From an uncultured Pelagibacteraceae bacterium (GTDB lineage: Bacteria > Pseudomonadota > Alphaproteobacteria > Pelagibacterales > Pelagibacteraceae): a stretch of DNA of 64,000 bases. The position numbers were made by a program, and so were the translations under genes. The stretch is taken from NCBI GenBank assembly GCA_902577125.1, contig CACGXX010000002.1, forward strand, positions 314-64,313, read 5' to 3'. The notes below the pieces were generated by a model. The model worked only from the letters and a program-made list of their open reading frames with translations. It was not told the DNA's origin and did not search any database. This document shows, one piece after another, positions 62,413 to 64,000 of the stretch. Each line of letters opens with the position of its first letter. Position 1 is the first letter of the stretch.

Positions 62413-63093
62413 ATGACTATTAAATTAAAAAAAATAAATAATACAATTATTAAATGTAAAAAATGTCCAAGACTTGTTAGTTTTATCAAAAAAATTTCAA
62501 TACAAAAAAGAAAACAAAATAAGAATGAGAAATACTGGGGAAAACCAGTCCCTGGCTTTGGAGACAATAAAGCAAAATTGATGATTTTAGGTCTTGCTCC
62601 TGCAGCTCATGGTGGAACAAGAACCGGAAGGGCATTCACAGGAGATAAATCAGGAAATTTTTTATTTAAGAGTTTATTTTTAACAGGAATTTCAAATCAA
62701 GATTTTTCAGAAAGAGCAAATGATAATTTGAAATTACATGATACTTACATAACTAATATTCTTAAATGTGTTCCTCCAGGTGATAAACCAGAAAGTAAAG
62801 AATTAAATCGCTGTTCAAATTATTTTGAAAATGAAATTGAAAATTTAAAAAATCTTAAAGTGATCATAACTCTTGGTAAAGTTGCATTTGATAATTGTTT
62901 AAAAATTTATAAAAAAAAATTTATGATTCAAAAAAAATTTGAATTTAAACACGGAAACAAATATTTATTGCCAGATAATAAAGTTTTAATTGCTTGTTAT
63001 CACCCAAGCCCAAGAAACGTAAATACAAAATTAGTGACGACTCCTATGATTAACCAATTACTTATTAAGGCAAAGAAAATAGCTAAATTTTAA
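62413..63093 (+). CDS. Uracil-DNA glycosylase, family 5 (UdgB-type, Fe-S)
   Basis: CKKCPRL, PVPGFGD, GLAPAAHGGTRTGRAFTGD, KCVPP, YHPSPRN. Confidence 0.9.
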   Translation: MTIKLKKINNTIIKCKKCPRLVSFIKKISIQKRKQNKNEKYWGKPVPGFGDNKAKLMILGLAPAAHGGTRTGRAFTGDKSGNFLFKSLFLTGISNQDFSERANDNLKLHDTYITNILKCVPPGDKPESKELNRCSNYFENEIENLKNLKVIITLGKVAFDNCLKIYKKKFMIQKKFEFKHGNKYLLPDNKVLIACYHPSPRNVNTKLVTTPMINQLLIKAKKIAKF

Positions 63094-63505
63094 TAGTATC
63101 ACAAAAATAGGGTTTAAATTTTGAGTAAATTTCATTAGGTATTTTTACTGGTTTACCTAAATCATTAACAAAGACTAAATGAACTTGTGCTTCAACTATA
63201 GTGTCATCACCTTTAGTAATTATTTGATTCATAAAAAAAGATGTTTTAGTGATAGATTTAACAAAAGATCTTATAGTTAGTTCATCTTCAAGACTTGCAG
63301 GTTTTTTATATTCAATGTTGCAAGCTTTTACTATGATTAGTGAGCCAAAATCTTTTTTCACTTTTTGGTTACTGAACCCAATTGAATGAAGAGCTTCTGT
63401 TCTGGCTCTCTCTAAAAACTTTAAATAATTAGCATAATATACGACACCTCCAGCATCAGTATCTTCATAGTAAACTTTTAAAGTATGAAAAAAATTTTCA
63501 TGCAT
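63083..63505 (-). CDS. ybgC: YbgC/FadM-family acyl-CoA thioesterase
   Basis: VYYEDTDAGGVVYYANYLKFLERARTE. Confidence 0.9.
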   Translation of the reverse strand: MHENFFHTLKVYYEDTDAGGVVYYANYLKFLERARTEALHSIGFSNQKVKKDFGSLIIVKACNIEYKKPASLEDELTIRSFVKSITKTSFFMNQIITKGDDTIVEAQVHLVFVNDLGKPVKIPNEIYSKFKPYFCDTIKI

Positions 63506-63562
63506 AATATAATTATATCAAAAAAGTAAACTATTTAATAGAAACTAAGGTATAAGTATTTA

Positions 63563-63703
63563 ATGAATATATTTGTAATTTGGTTAGTGATGGTTACCGC
63601 ATGGAACTTTGGTTATCCACAAGCAAGTCCTTTAGAAGATGTTGTAGTAGCTGTTATACTTTCTTTATTTAATATTTATCTTAAAAAATATCTTAAATTT
63701 TAA
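63563..63703 (+). CDS. 46-aa two-helix small membrane protein (not in the ORF track)
   Basis: MNIFVIWLVMVTAWNFGYPQASPLEDVVVAVILSLFNIYLKKYLKF; its stop abuts the convergent gene's stop. Confidence 0.7.
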   Translation: MNIFVIWLVMVTAWNFGYPQASPLEDVVVAVILSLFNIYLKKYLKF

Positions 63704-64000
63704 TTATTGAGATGAAAAATATATATTTTGAAAATAAGCTATAGATTTCATCTTTGAGTTATCAGTATCAGACATAATGGCAATTCCATCAAGCTCTTTA
63801 ACATCTAGATCGTGTAATCTTCTAAAATCCTCTTTAACATTAGCTTTAACTGTTACCCATTCATTTAAATTATCTTTTGTGCTAGCTAAAACATTGTCTA
63901 TCGATTTTTTTGTATATGGACTTGGAAAATTTGCCCCAACTTCATTATTACTTGAGAAAACATAATTAATTGCTCTATTTGATAGTGGTGTAGCTCCAGT
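63704..64000 (-). CDS. DUF3047-like protein, C-terminal part (runs off the right edge)
   Basis: Open minus-strand frame ...AINYVFSS...SPYT...EWVTVKANVKEDF...GIAIMSDTDNSK...AYFQNIYFSSQ*. Confidence 0.75.
   Translation of the reverse strand, partial: TGATPLSNRAINYVFSSNNEVGANFPSPYTKKSIDNVLASTKDNLNEWVTVKANVKEDFRRLHDLDVKELDGIAIMSDTDNSKMKSIAYFQNIYFSSQ

Noticed and set aside
62355-62567. 70-aa minus-strand ORF
   Set aside because: Antisense to the UDG gene and out of frame with the phosphatase; no motif
63777-63965. 62-aa plus-strand ORF
   Set aside because: Antisense shadow of the partial DUF3047-like gene
1-64000. CRISPR arrays, rRNA genes, riboswitches, inteins and CtrA boxes
   Set aside because: No repeat-spacer array or rRNA-like segment seen; intergenic gaps are short and show no recognisable aptamer; dnaE and lon are normal length; TTAA-N7-TTAA is uninformative at this AT content

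Overview
A very AT-rich, tightly packed alphaproteobacterial chromosome segment. Composition, gene order and protein style point to Pelagibacterales (SAR11); this is an inference. Most of the window is core genome: pyrG(partial)-secG-tpiA, ppiD-trpEGDC-lexA-gltX, the rpsB-tsf-frr-uppS-cdsA-dxr-bamA-skp-fabZ-lpxD-lpxA-lpxI-lpxB cluster, proS-lolC/E-lolD-dnaE, nuoA-N followed by birA-coaX-rnj, and tRNA-Leu-tig-clpP-clpX-lon. Several usual neighbours are cleanly missing from these clusters (pyrH, rseP, hupB, moaC/moeA, gltA). The best candidate for an undescribed system is a ~10 kb, regulator-free organic-acid catabolic island (44652-54740) between lon and tRNA-Val/Asp. It encodes a TRAP transporter, an atypical crotonase, a family III CoA-transferase, a fused FAD/Fe-S 2-hydroxyacid dehydrogenase, an enolase-superfamily enzyme and a serine/alanine-glyoxylate-type aminotransferase; its substrate cannot be read from sequence. 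I also found three small proteins missing from the ORF track, a four-half-site LexA box, the structured rpsB leader, GcrA-type and NrdR-like motifs at clpP/clpX, and a head-to-head gene pair whose start codons are 2 nt apart. No integrase, IS, prophage, CRISPR array or rRNA was seen.
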